From assembly GCA_002269645.1 (NCBI GenBank), contig NIVC01003560.1:1-64000 (forward strand): a DNA stretch of 64,000 nt. The letters run 5' to 3'. Source of the stretch: Macrostomum lignano (lineage: Eukaryota). The notes under the pieces are model-generated. The model did not search any database, was not told the origin of the DNA, and worked only from the letters and a program-made list of their open reading frames with translations. Positions within the stretch are counted from its first letter, which is position 1, and the number at the start of each line of letters is the position of its first letter. The position numbers and the translations under genes were made by a program. Positions 23,673 to 40,912 of the stretch are shown one piece after another.

Positions 23673-24433
23673 GTGAGCAGGCAAAACATGCATGTACAAG
23701 TAAATGTATGAGAAAACAGACAAGGCAGTCAGACACTTCGGCTCGCAGACAGACAATCAGCCGAACAAAATTGAAAACAAGCAATTGTGAAAAATAAACT
23801 ACGATATGAACTGCTGCAGCAGGCAGCTGGTATCTCCATGTACTTCCCATGCAGTAGCGATGCAGATCGCAGGCAGCCGTTCTCCAACTGTTTATCCATC
23901 CTCGTGTTGGACTTTTGATCTGGCGTTACCAGATAAGTCATGATATGCCATAATTGTCGCAATATAATATAGTAATTTGTTTGGCTTATACAGCTATATA
24001 CATGCAGAGTTTTCCGATTCGTTGCATATCGTACTTTTCAATTGTCATGTATTACTTATGCTGGCTATATTTGTATTCATTTATTATTTGTATAAGTAGA
24101 AATAAATATTATGGCGCAAAACTTTTATAATTATCTATCAGTAGATATATTAGCACTTGCTACTCTATCAAAAAGGCTTATTGAAAAACCAAAGACACAG
24201 CTAAATTAATTAAGCGGACTTTTCTAGAATTTCTACCATTCGCGAGTGTGACGTCCTGAGTTGTTAAAGTAGTCCTTGGCTGGCGCGCTCTTGCCAGGAA
24301 AAGCACCTCTACGATGACGAACCACGACGGACCCCCTCGCTGATGGCGCCCCGCGCTGGCGCCTGCAAGACGCGACCCTCTAATGAAGCATTCATGCCTC
24401 GCCTCGGTGTACAAGTAAAATGCAGTCTATCCT

Positions 24434-24482
24434 ACTGTCTGTCTGTCCTACTGTCTGTCTGTCTGTCTGTCTGTCTTGTCTG

Positions 24483-24530
<48 letters not shown>
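24434..24530. repeat. (CTGT)n microsatellite
   Basis: Direct reading. Confidence 0.93.
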
Positions 24531-25200
24531 TTCAGTCTCTCTGTCCGTTTTTTTCTTTGTACTTTTCTTCTCTTGGCTTTCCTTCTGTCTCTATAAATTC
24601 CGGCCTGAATGTTTGTGAATGTTCTCTGCCAACCTGCCAAACTCACAATCTATACCAACAAACTTATACTATAGCCCACAGCTGCCTAAACCCAAAAATG
24701 TCTTTTTTGAAAAAGGCAGACCAGAAAACATTAACGCCTAAAAAGTTTATTAAGGTACTTTTATACGCTGCAGTAGCATAAACAAGAACCCAGGCAGATA
24801 ATTTCGCGTACAACCAGCTATTTGCAGACGTTTTAAACATAACGTTTTTTTCTTCTACTCGAAGAAGTGCTTAAAAACATATTTACAGCGAATTAGAAAA
24901 TCTTAGGAATCTTTGACCTACATGTATTCCCGAAAATGCTAAGAATAAAGACGCATGGAAGACGAAAGAATAAAACTGAGTACAAAGGTTAATTGGTGCA
25001 GGAAACGATGTTGACTTGATTCAGAATCGGCGCCTATTGGTCCCGCGGCAGGTCGAAGTTCCTGACGCGGGCTGCTTGAGAGCTGCAGAGCAGTCAACAG
25101 CTGCCTGCAGAATGCGTATAAATAGTTGAGTCCCAATTCAGCTTGCAATGCAATTAGCTTGGCTCTGGTTCAATAACTCTATTTTAGCACTGCAGTCAGC

Positions 25201-26535
25201 ATGGCTCATTCGCTGCGATTGACTCTGCCATTGGGGGCGATCGCTTGCCTTTGCCTGATGGTCTCTGTCACTGCCAGACCCGAGGGTGAGTGAGTCTTCT
25301 AATTCGTGCTATGCGACCTGCTTTCTTAGCTGTCTTTTTGTCCGTCTCAAGATTTATCTGTTGGCGTCTGCAGTCATATTTAGTGCCCATCTGTTTGTCT
25401 AAGTGTCTGTTAACAAATAAAGATTAGACGTACATCCGGTAAAACAATCCGACTATCGACGGCAATGACAGATATGTACTTTTACATTGCATCGACGGAT
25501 TACGACGTCATGCTGTCGACGTTGGAATGCTCTACGGGCATGTAAATGTATATTCTTGGCTATTACTAAGAGAGCTGAGTGATGCGCTAAAATATACGTT
25601 CCTATAATGTTTTATTAGCATGCAAGTATTAACGATTCTCACTTAGGTCGCGGCGGACCGGTGCATCGGCAGAGATCAAGGCCGGCTACTGCTGCCTCGC
25701 TGTTGTCAACTAACGAGTTCTGCCGCCAGGGCCTGTTCGTGCACTCCACGAACCCGCCAAGTTCGCTGATGCTGTCGCTGCTCTGTCCGCCCAAGATCAA
25801 CTGCAGCCGCTGGGCTCCGCCGGGTACTGCTCGAGACGACATCAGGTGCATGGTGAAACAGGTGACAGAAATATCGTATAACAATGTGATGTCCGTTTTC
25901 CTATCTAAATTCCGGGGAAAAGTATACGCAATATTTAGTTATTTTACATTAACTTCGGGCTTGTGCACGACCTATAGTTGAAGCAATTGTGCAATTCTGA
26001 CTTTTAAGGGCCAACTCCCAAGACGAAGAGAGTGTACATGGCATGTCTGAATGATAAAGACAAAGTCAGGGCTGCTGTACGTAATGTGTGAGTGTATGCA
26101 TATCTATGATTTATGTACGGTATAATGCATCCGCCTGGGTGTGCCTATTTAGGGGCCAGAGAAATTAACATAACGGCTTGCCTTCTTGCTAACTCCTCCC
26201 TCGATGACGTGATCTAAATCTGTTGATCTGCTACTTAGTTTTGCGATCTTGCAATTATTTTGTATGGCGGATGAGGGTTTAAGCATGATTACACAAACGT
26301 GCATATTTGTGATTACCTACCACAGTTGGATTTTAACGATGCTCGCGGCGTAGAGTGGGACAGGTCGCTGGTTTACCAATTCGCCTGCGGCACTGTGAGC
26401 AGCTGCATGAGCACCGAGGCCAACTCCAACCAGCTGTGCTATCTGGCTAGCGATGCCCTGGATCTGGCTGCCAAGCACTATCCAGTGATTGAGGCTGAGC
26501 CTAGCATTGAAGTTGTGGCGATCAACTGCGCCTAA
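25201..26535 (+). CDS. Orphan secreted cysteine-rich protein, 169 aa; exons 25201-25285, 25647-25861, 26326-26535
   Basis: Signal peptide MAHSLRLTLPLGAIACLCLMVSVTA; GT-AG junctions phase-consistent (1,0); GC-rich exons; 8 Cys in the mature part; ends ..EVVAINCA*. Confidence 0.75.
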
Positions 26536-27060
26536 ACAAGTTGCCAAGCGAATGTTTTTTGATTGTAGACTAAAGTGCACCAATTTATTCATCAAGATGG
26601 TAAAGACACATATCCCAGTATGTCACCAATGCTGTAATTACACTAGAATTGCATGTTCTGCAGTAAAGTGTACCTCAATAATGCACAGCCTGTAAATACA
26701 GAGTATTCTGTAAGTGGAAGAAAATATACGAATTAAAATGCAAGTACGATTATTGTCTGCAAACTACAAAGCTATATGTATAGCTATAAGCAAGAGTTGA
26801 AATCGAAGCATTCTGTTGTGATTTGGAATTTCTACGCTTGCAATAAAGCTGCCTAAGTTATTGCCAGGCGTGGTTAACATGAAAAAACTCATATTCAATT
26901 TACTTAGATGTGCTGTATATTTGTGTTTTTTGTGGATACATGTATCAAGGATGACATACACTTCCGCCCCGCAAGTCTCTGCACTTACTCTGAGAAAATT
27001 GCTGGCTGCAGAGTAACCACAGGCACTCTGAGTCTGCTCGCAAGCAGCCCGCTGCTCGCA

Positions 27061-27105
27061 ACCCTAACCCTAACCCTAACCCTAACCCTAACCCTAAACC
27101 TAACC
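27061..27105. repeat. Interstitial telomeric repeat (CCCTAA)n, about 7 units
   Basis: ACCCTAACCCTAACCCTAACCCTAACCCTAACCCTAAACCTAACC. Confidence 0.9.
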
Positions 27106-27141
27106 GCAGCAGCCGCATCAGGAGCCGTAGCAACTGAATCC

Positions 27142-28400
27142 ATGGCCCAACAGCAAGTTCGCCGGCGTGCACCTGCTGCTGAAGGTCTGCGTCGGCTTGA
27201 ATTGGACAGCGAGTCGGAGAGTGAGCTATCCGAGGCAGCTGGCAGTGATGATGATGACAAGGAAGAGCAAGCAGATGTGGAAGAGTGGGAAGAAGTCGAA
27301 AGTGGAATTTCACGGCACCATGCCAACCCGGGGATTGAAATTCCAGATGATTCTGAGGCCTCTCTGTTGACTTCTTCATGAGTTTGTTCATCACTGATGA
27401 GGTGATCGCCAGTTTGCATATGCAGCTGGGCGAATGCAAAGGCACAGCAGGAGATGCACATCATGCAGCTGACAGCAGTGATCTGCAGCAGCTGCCGCCC
27501 AGGCTGGCGAATCGGAAGAACTGCACCCCGAGGCAGAAGTGCACAAGCTCGTCGGAGCAGTTCTGTACATGGGAGTTCATTTGAAGCCTGAGCTACTGGT
27601 CAACTGATCCCATGCATTATTCGCCTTACTTCCACCAGCCGGAGAGCTTGTCAAGGAATCAGTTCCAGGGGATTCTTCCCTTCCTGCGTTGCTACGAGTA
27701 TACCATATGACTGCCTGCACAAAATTCGGCCTTTCATTGAAACGATACAGGCAATATGTGCCAGAGTTTACGCTCCATAGCGGGAGGTGAGCGTCGATGA
27801 GACGCTCGTGCTGTACAAGGGAAGATTGTTGCTGCGGCAGTACATTCCAAGCAAGAAGGCGCGGTACGGCCTGAAACTGTACTGCCTCACTGAGGCATCC
27901 ACTGCTACCTGGTACGATGCCTCCTGCACAGTACTGCAACGCACGTTTTGGTGATGGAATGCAGTGTGACGGCCTGTCGATGAGCAAGAGGACGGTGGTG
28001 GAGCTGAGCCGTGACCTGCTGGATGTGGGCTATCACGTGTTTTGCGACAATTTGGTTGTCGTCCTATCGCCTGGCGACTTTCCTGGCTGCAGCGTGGTAC
28101 ACCATGACAGGCACTGTGCGCAAGGACAGAGGGGTCGCCAGTTCCCCTACAGGAGAATAAACGAGTGCTTGCACCGGAACACAGTTTCATGTGCAAGGGC
28201 TGCACGCTGGGCTGGGAAACTGTGACAGGAAGGCCAGTGTAACGAAACGGTGTACCTACTGGACACTAAGGAGGCGTCCCATCTTTGGATGCATCCCAAA
28301 GACGGATCCGACGCAGAGGAGTTAATGAGAGAATCCTTCAGTTCAGAGCACGTCAGTGGCTGCATACAACAAATACATGGGAGGTGCCGATCGCCTGGAC
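27142..28400 (+). mobile_element. Degenerate piggyBac transposase (PGBD4-like)
   Basis: Acidic N-terminus (ELDSESESELSEAAGSDDDD); KIRPFIE..SVDETLVLYKGRLLLRQYIPSKKARYGLKLYCL; GYHVFCDN; VYLLDT; YNKYMGGADR; contains stops and frameshifts. Confidence 0.9.
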
Positions 28401-28409
28401 GCCTCTCTC

Positions 28410-31400
28410 AGCACGTACAACGCAAACAGACGAACCTAAGAGCTGTCGCTGCACCTCCCTGTCTGACCGGCTGCTTCGGGTCGACGCCCGGCTTCGCGGC
28501 AGGAAGGCTCGCCTGTTCTGCGCGTACGCGCCTTCTTCCACCCGACCTGACGAGGCTCAAGTCTTCTTCGAGCAGCTCTCGTCGCAGGTAAAAAAGACGG
28601 CGCAGCGTGACACAGTGGTTGTCCTCGGAGACCTGAAAGCGGTTTTGCGCAGGTCCGAGCGGTCGCTGTTTGTTACACCGAGAACGTCCGAGAACGGCAG
28701 CACCGGAGCGCTGGAGGACTTCGTGGAGAGACAAGACATGGTGTCGGCCAACTCCCGCTTCCGCAAGCCACACCAGGCAGGCTCGCGATCTTCGTGGGCT
28801 GCAAGTGGAGGCAGAGAAATGCGCGCGGCCGGAATGCGACGCGGAGGCAGGCACAGCTTGATCACATCTTCGTGAGCGCCGCTGTGCCGTCAACTGCCGC
28901 ACCATCACGCCGCTGGCTCTGCGATCCGACCATCGACTCATCGTCTGCGACCTGCGTGTACGCGAGCCACTTTACCGTCCGCCGAAGCGGCTACCGCGGC
29001 GCTACTACCGTGCTCTCAAGGAGACCCAGGCCCGTCGCCATTCCGCTAGCGCTTTTGTCAGCGCGCTTGGCGACAGGTGCGGGCGCGTCGAATACACGGA
29101 GGTAAGTGCCGCGGTTAGAGCCGCGGCGGAGCAAGCTGTTCCGCTGATGCAACCGGCCCAACATAGGCAGCCGGTCTGGCAGGATGAACCTGCGATTCGG
29201 CAAGCGAGGGCAGAGCTGGAGAGGCTCCGTATGATCAGGCGGCCAGCGCGCGAGGCGGAGGAGGCTCTGGCGCTGTCTACCTGCAGCGGCAACAGGCCGC
29301 TGTTGACGATGCCATCCAGGCCGTCACCGCCGCTGGACCCTACGCCAAAAGTCGCGTCGCCTGGGCCGCCATTGTTGTGCAATCGTGCCCTTTCTCGCCC
29401 TCCTGCCCCGCCCCAACCCTCCAGTCTGCCCAACCCCTCCAATCAATAATCAATGCGTATGCCGATCACACCACCCCGCCCCACCTCCCCTGCTGTACTG
29501 TACATTTGTTCTTAAGTTATATTCATGTACGCGTAGGACCAATGAAAAATATATAGTCGCTGTCTGGAGGGCAGACTCCTCCCTTGCGCGCGTTGGTCCG
29601 CCTCCGTTGGCTATTGAATAAAACGACTCGTGGATCTACCATACAAAGTGCACGGCGAACTGCATCGGCTACGGGGTGTAAGTTCGTGTTCGCGAGTTAC
29701 TGTCCTTTTTCTGCTTCTCCCTAGGACGCGGGACGGGAGCTCTGACTGGGGACCTGGGGGTCGCAGCTTCCCGACAGGTTAAAGCTGTAGGCGTTGCTCC
29801 GGAGGACGGGGCTCACAACACCATCAACGCTCTGACCGAGCGGAAGCGGCACATCCCGCTCAACCTGGCTGGCAACACTCCAAATGAGCGCAGAAATGAG
29901 GTGCGCGAGTTCTTTGCCGCAATCGCCAACGCGCCGCCGCCCCGCTGCCAAACGATTTGAGACCGCCGCCAAGGATGCCGTTGCTGGCAGAGGAGAGTTT
30001 TAATGTAGCCCCAGTCAGCAAAGCCGACGTTGTGATGCTCATCCAAAAAACCCCGGGGCAAAGCGCTGGGTCCGGACGAGGTGCCCATCGAGGCGCTGTG
30101 ACTCCATTGTGTGGCCAGCGAGGTCGCCAGGGTGATGAACCGCGTGCTTTTCGGTAAGGCGACAACCAAAGAATGACCTCGGCGCACATCGTCGCTATTC
30201 CGAAGAAGCCGGGAACCACACGGCTTGAGGAGCACCGAGGTATCTGCCTGCAGTCCTGCGCTGCGAAGCTGTTCAACTGGATGATGCTATCACGGCTGCA
30301 GCCCGTGCTGGCTCCTTATTAATGGCCTCAGCAGAGCGTGTTCCGGCCCTATCGCGGCACAGTGGCGCAGATCCTGGCTCTTTACCGAGTCATCGAGGAA
30401 GCGAGGACCCACCAGGAGAGCCTGATTTCTCTCGTTGTTGACTTCAGGAAGGCATTCGACTCAGTCGTGAGGGCCGTGCTCCTAATGGTGCTGATCGTGC
30501 GTATAACGTTCCAGAGCAGCTGATTTTCACCGTCATGACGCTGTATCATGGCATGAGCGCTGCTATGCTAACACCGGAAAGTTTGTCAGATTTATTTGAG
30601 AAATCCTCTGGGGTGCTTCAAGGGAGACACGCTTGCGTCGTTCCTGTGTTCGTCCTGGTGCTTGACTGGGTGCTGTGGACTGCTTTCCCTTCTAACGACG
30701 ACGGCTTCCTGCTGCAGCGATGGGTGGGTCGACGCGAACCGGAAAGGCGGCTCAGCGTGCTTGACTACGCTGACGACCTGTCCTCGACCTTCTGTCCTCG
30801 ACTGTCGAGGGCGCCCAGCGTCAGCTGGACCGGCTGGTAAGCGAGCTTCGGCCTGGTGGTCAACACGCGGAAGACCGAACGGCATCGAAACTGCAATTTT
30901 CTGCGCCGAGGCGCTAACGGACAGGTGGTGAGGCTTCCGCGCCTGTCAGTATTTTGTCTAGCTCGGCGGTCTGGTGCCTGACGTTCGCGAGGATCTGCGA
31001 CGTCGCCGTGTATACTTGCCTGGGCTGCCTTCCGTTCCGTGAGGGCTGTCGATCGTGCAGTTCGAGGCCCTACCTGACCGCCGGAGGGCGGCGTTGTTCT
31101 ATGCGGTGATCGAGACCATCCTTGCTGTAAAACGCCGACGCTTGGACGCTGACGAACCCGCTCGAACAGCAGGTTGATGCGGCGCACGCTGGCCTGCTGC
31201 GCGCCGCCTTTAAGATCGTCTACGATCGAGCGATCAGTCACCAATGCGGCACTCTATCGCCGCACCGGCCTGTCCCGGCCGTCCCAGCAAACTGTTGCCC
31301 CCTCGGCGACTCCACATCTGTCGAAGCCGAGTCGTATGCCCACAGCCGGTGCAGGAGGTGCTGCTGCTGACGCTGGAGGCAACAGGCGCGGACTCGGCGT

Positions 31401-31495
31401 TTCGTCGACCATGCCTGCTGGCTATAATGCCGGCGTCCCGGACACTGGCAACGGTGCGGCCTACGTTTCGCGCCCAGGCCCTGAAACGCGCCCTG
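28410..31495 (+). mobile_element. 5'-truncated, degenerate RTE-like non-LTR retrotransposon with a ~0.45-kb foreign insert (~29330-29800)
   Basis: APE motifs LFCAYAP, VVLGDL, MVSANSRFRK, QLDHIFV, DHRLIVCDL; RT motifs IPKKPG..HRGICL, VDFRKAFDSV, GVLQGDTLA, LDYADDL; many frameshifts. Confidence 0.88.
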
Positions 31496-32262
31496 TGACG
31501 TCCCACGTTTTACTGGCTGACATTTATGTGCTACTTTATTTTGTAGTAAATGTGCTACAAATTATAAAACAGAATGATTGATGGACAGAATGGAATTTTC
31601 CGGAAGATTTCACAATTACATGAAAAATATGTGACTCAGTATTTACATGTAAATACAGTCAGATAAAATTTGCATTAAAAATACTGTAGCAACAAATGTT
31701 TCTATGTTTAAATAGCTACAAGTATTCGTCTGTTCGTCTGTTCGGTGTTACAAGGTGCGGCGCGAGCAAGCTATAGGAGTCTGGCGGACGCATGCATTTA
31801 CAGTAAATGTATATGTCTATTTAAGCTAATAGCGGCCGTTTTAATACTCTCAAAAATTAGGGAGCTTTTATAGATAAGAGAGCACAGCAGTACAATTAAT
31901 ATGGACGTAGCATCTTCGGCTAGCGAATTCCCGCTAACAAAGCTCGGCTAGCTAGCAGCGACATTATAAATTCTTAATCTATCTAGATTTCTAGAGCAAA
32001 TCTTTTTTTTACCCTCAAGCTATCAATAAATCTTAGTTTTGTTCGCTAAACTTTTAACAGAGCTCCGAATAATGAAAAATTTTGTATCGAACTTGAACGA
32101 TGTATTTTCTGAATGCTCATAAAAATTAAATATATAGCTATGTATCAATACACGAGCTGCAATTAAACCTATTTTTTATTGCACAAGTAAATAATTTAAA
32201 GTTTAGTTTGTTTAAGTACTATTTCTTCTTTCTGAGAATGTTGAAGTCGAGAATTTTGGTCA

Positions 32263-32717
32263 TGTGGTAGGCGAGGCCTCCACTTTCTTCCCCTGAACGT
32301 AGCTCTTTTCCCCCGTGCGGATCGACTGTACGTGCAAATCTACGTCATTTTCCCTGCGCGGAAAATCTCCCCTTTCCTCCTAGTGTATTTCGGGTTTCCC
32401 ACTCCCCGTATCCTTTGTTTTACTGTGCTTTGAATAGGGTTACACCCGGTGTTTAATCGTCACCACCCGGTGTACCCGATCATTTCCATTGCGTGTAACA
32501 CTCTCTTCTCACCCGGTGTAACCTTTTCCTTCCGGTGGCTCATGAGAGCGTATTTAAGAGTCTGCGCCCCTCTTTTCCCAGCCAGACTCTCGACTGGAAC
32601 CCCCTTTCTCGTTTGAACTCACTCCGTCCCGAACTCCGAGCTCCAGATATTCGAGGGGACCCTACCTGTAAGCCCAGCATCCCGACACGACCAGCGATCC
32701 TCTCCCGATCGACCACT
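32263..32717. mobile_element. Possible solo LTR upstream of the MK2 gene
   Basis: GC-richer island starting TGTGGT and ending ACCACT, with a TATTTAA box; no matching TSD found. Confidence 0.3.
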
Positions 32718-33361
32718 TAAGTTAACTCGTTGCAAGTACAATTAATAGTTATCGATTGAAGCTCGCAATAATAATTACGAAAATATTCCGATTTTTGGCC
32801 AACTCATTTAAGCCAGCCAACTATAATCTTGTGTGTTTGAAACGGTGTCTTAGCCTTCGTGACCTCGGAAGCGTTATTTTGACCCTCAGTGGTCTCTCAA
32901 GAGAAGTTCTAGGGCGAATTCGAGCAAATTTTGAACCTTAGAGCTTTTCCCGCGCATACCGCGGTGGTGGTAGCGGACTAACTACTTACAGTAACACTTT
33001 CGACAAATTAGTTTATTTTAAGTTCCTCGTATCGGCGACAATTTCCGCATTCGGCACTCTGATTGACGGCAAAACTAGACCGCTCAGCCGCGACCACAGC
33101 TACCCTCCCCCTGAGCCTGAGGAACTCTGCAGCCGGAGCTCCCCTTATCTGCAAGCCGAGATCTTCGCCCGAAATGTTTCAATCGTCGGAAGCCGCACCG
33201 ATTTGAACGGCTGTAAAGCGAACGAAATATATGAATCCAGCACAGACCCTAGAGAGATCTTAAAACCCCCCGTCCTTAGTCACATCATCTCACAATTAGT
33301 CAGGATTGAAATATTCTAAAAGTGGTGCTTCATTGTGATTCTTAATTTTCGTCTACGCACA

Positions 33362-38056
<4,695 letters not shown>

Positions 38057-38845
38057 CAATATTGTTGCACTGTTGCTCTGTTAGTTGATTGATTTGCCTA
38101 CACATCATCTATAGAATATTGCCTAACAATTTACACTGCACTCAAAATCTCTGTTCTAGCAGTCAGCTCTCTGTAAAAAATAAAGAATAATTTAGCTAGT
38201 TTCTCTTATCCTGTTTAGAATTTTGGTGCTGCAAATTGCCACACAGTGGTACCAAGTGTCTTTTTGTCTATCGCTTAAAAGTCCATACGCTCATTACTGT
38301 TATGATTAAAATACTTTTTATAAAGTTTTGTAGGTTGTTGATGTTGCACCGCACGTAAAGTCTGGTTTTTTTCATAATTTATAATTAAATTGTCTGAAAC
38401 TTTTTCATACCTGGCATTCCGTTACTTTTTACCTAGCTATATATCCAGCTTATGCTACTCTTTGTAGTAGTATTTTTTGCACCTTCTGAGCCTTTTTAAT
38501 AAGCTAATTATTTATAATAAAAAACGTCACTTTTTAACTGTAAAGAAATTTTCATTGCTGATGGCCATTTGGTTTTTTGATAACATAACCTAGTTCTATA
38601 TTCATAGCTATTCTGCTGGTTATGTATTGTAATTTTTTGTAAAATATACTTATTGAAATGAGTTCTTGTTTTATTTCTTCTGTGAAGAAGCATCTTTGAA
38701 AATTAATTTATTGCATACGCTTTCATACGACTGTTATTTATCTACATAATATACATATCTGAATTGTGTGTCTGTGCCAGAGGGAACATGTTTCAATTTA
38801 ATATATGGAATTGAGTCCGATTGGTGAGCTATCTGGATCAGATTC

Positions 38846-40051
38846 TTATTCTGACGCCGCGGTGCTGATTGATAATGGAAGGCTCCGCATCAGGACAGCT
38901 GTTCTTCTCTCCTGTCTGTTAGCTTCTTCTGCACGTCTGCGCCATCGGACTGGCACAAAGGTCCTGCAGAATGCTCGGTAAAAATTTCTGCTCATGAAGT
39001 ACACCGGCCAGCTTAGCGCATTGTTCAAGTACAGCAGGTTTTGCAGAGCGCCGGATGCGACCAGCATAAGCACGTAAATTATGGACCGTATTCTCTTTAG
39101 CTCCGAATATGGCTCTTCGAATTTCACTTGTCGAAAACCGTAACGACTAAAAACGAAAAGAGACGCCAAACTCGATGGCAGGCAGGTTGCAGCGAACAGC
39201 AAATTGATAAACACCATCATGAGGCTGATTCGAACCAGCGACCTCTGCCTATGTCGGCTACTGTTTGGCTCCAAATTGATTCTCCCAGCTGTTCGATTGC
39301 TCCGGTACACGCAAGCGCAAATTCCAACTGTACCCAGTGCCATGGCCGCGAGAAGGAAGATCCGACCATAAAAGAGCTCGGCCGGCAGGTAGACATCGGC
39401 AAAAAAGTCCATGTTTAAATCGCAGAATTTGAGGTTCGCACAGGCTGTATTAAAGAAGACGTACATGTACATTGCAGGCAGGGCCAATGCGGCTGCAGTG
39501 ATGACGGCCAGCAGGATGCGGCTTCTCTTGCTAGTCAGAATCTGCTGCGCTCGCATTGGCACCGCCACAGCAACCAGACGGTCCACGGTGAGGCCCAGCT
39601 GAAAGAAGTGCGCTCCCACAGTTGAGTAAACTCTGGTGAATTCATACACCGTTTTGAAAGCAAATCCATAGTAATTCTTGTCAGTTCCCAGTGGATCCTT
39701 TTTAGAGATATCAGAAATGTAGTGCAGACAGCCATGTAGTGTCATCGCCTGAAAGTCGTTGGCCGTGATAATGAGCAGGTACTGCCGCGTTACTCTGGGA
39801 AAAGACTCTCGATTTCTTAAAATCACCCAGAATGAACAGCCATTAGCGATTGATCCGATGATGCACAATAGTGGAAACAGCCATGGGAATAAGTTCTGCG
39901 ATAGCCATTTAGTTGTCTCTTTCGCATTTATGTACGACTTCCAGATAGCAAATAAATTTTCCGGCAGAGTGTCAAGTGTAAAGTTGCTCACCATTGTACT
40001 ATTTTGCCACTCGGTTATTAGATCGGTAGAACCTCCAGCTTTAAGATCCAT
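38846..40051 (-). CDS. Intronless class A (rhodopsin-like) GPCR, probably peptide-receptor-like, 401 aa
   Basis: Seven hydrophobic segments; N-terminal N-glycosylation sites (NST, NFT); TM1 GSIANG; TM2 ITAND; TM3 TVDRLVAV; basic IL3; TM7 NNALSWPVYF followed by helix 8 NFYRAF. Confidence 0.88.
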   Translation of the reverse strand: MDLKAGGSTDLITEWQNSTMVSNFTLDTLPENLFAIWKSYINAKETTKWLSQNLFPWLFPLLCIIGSIANGCSFWVILRNRESFPRVTRQYLLIITANDFQAMTLHGCLHYISDISKKDPLGTDKNYYGFAFKTVYEFTRVYSTVGAHFFQLGLTVDRLVAVAVPMRAQQILTSKRSRILLAVITAAALALPAMYMYVFFNTACANLKFCDLNMDFFADVYLPAELFYGRIFLLAAMALGTVGICACVYRSNRTAGRINLEPNSSRHRQRSLVRISLMMVFINLLFAATCLPSSLASLFVFSRYGFRQVKFEEPYSELKRIRSIIYVLMLVASGALQNLLYLNNALSWPVYFMSRNFYRAFCRTFVPVRWRRRAEEANRQERRTAVLMRSLPLSISTAASE

Positions 40052-40771
40052 TTGGGGCTACGGCCTCTGAGGTCAGCGTCTGAAAACAAAAATTGTTTCA
40101 CTAAACTGTTTTTATCGCATCACATTTCAGCAAATTTCTTACGGCAAACAGACTTCCCGTCTTTTTCTATCCGTACACAAGTAACAGGAAATATTCTGCC
40201 ACAGCCGAAATTTCAGCAAGCTGTTTAAAGCGATCGTTAGCTGAAATTTGATGACATTCATACAAAGTGTTGCAAGCTAGAGAAAGTTACTCTGGATGAT
40301 GTGCGGATTCTGGAAGTTTTTTTCGGTTTCATTAGGAACTTTGTCGAATATCTATACGCTTGAAAAGATTTGAAAAACCAATCGAATTGTTTGCAGTGTA
40401 GTGAGCTGAAGTGAATCGCTGTGCCAATGCTAGGGCTAGAAAATGTCGGGCACTGAAACGGGGCCAGGTATTTTAACTCGACTATACGTACATTACAATT
40501 TTAATAAACTTTAGTGAGTTGTGGCCGTGGGTGGCAGGCAGACTATAAGGCTCACTCACGTCATCCTGACTCAGTACATGTCTACACGACTGCATGCGGT
40601 TAAGTGATTGTGTTGCTTGAGATCTCTTGCTGTGTTGCAATGTTGCGTTATGGAGAGTATTTCTTTGGCTAGACTATTAACGCCTTGCTTCCTGGTGTGC
40701 AGAACAGCTTTCAAATAGGGGAAATACTCGAGCAGGCTAAATACTAGAGTAGAAAAGACACTACTAATAAC

Positions 40772-40912
40772 GGACTTCGTAAAGGCCCTTTTTGGTAAGC
40801 GCTCGGCGCCAAGCGCCGTCCGGATAGCGCGCCTGGGTACATATCGGCGCTTGGTGCCGAGCGCCCACCCAAAGGGCCCTTTTTCTGACCAAAAAGGGCC
40901 CTTACGAAGTCC
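40772..40912. repeat. 141-bp GC-rich foldback (two nested inverted repeats)
   Basis: GGACTTCGTAA(A/G)GGCCCTTTTTGGT arms (25 bp, one mismatch) enclosing GCGCTCGGC(G/A)CCAAGCGCCG arms (20 bp, one mismatch). Confidence 0.8.

Noticed and set aside
23070-23962. Short Cys-containing ORFs flanking the CTGT repeat
   Set aside because: No family motif or convincing splice model; could be decayed TE sequence
26641-26650. CACTAGAA as the left piggyBac TIR
   Set aside because: Not preceded by TTAA and no matching right TIR found
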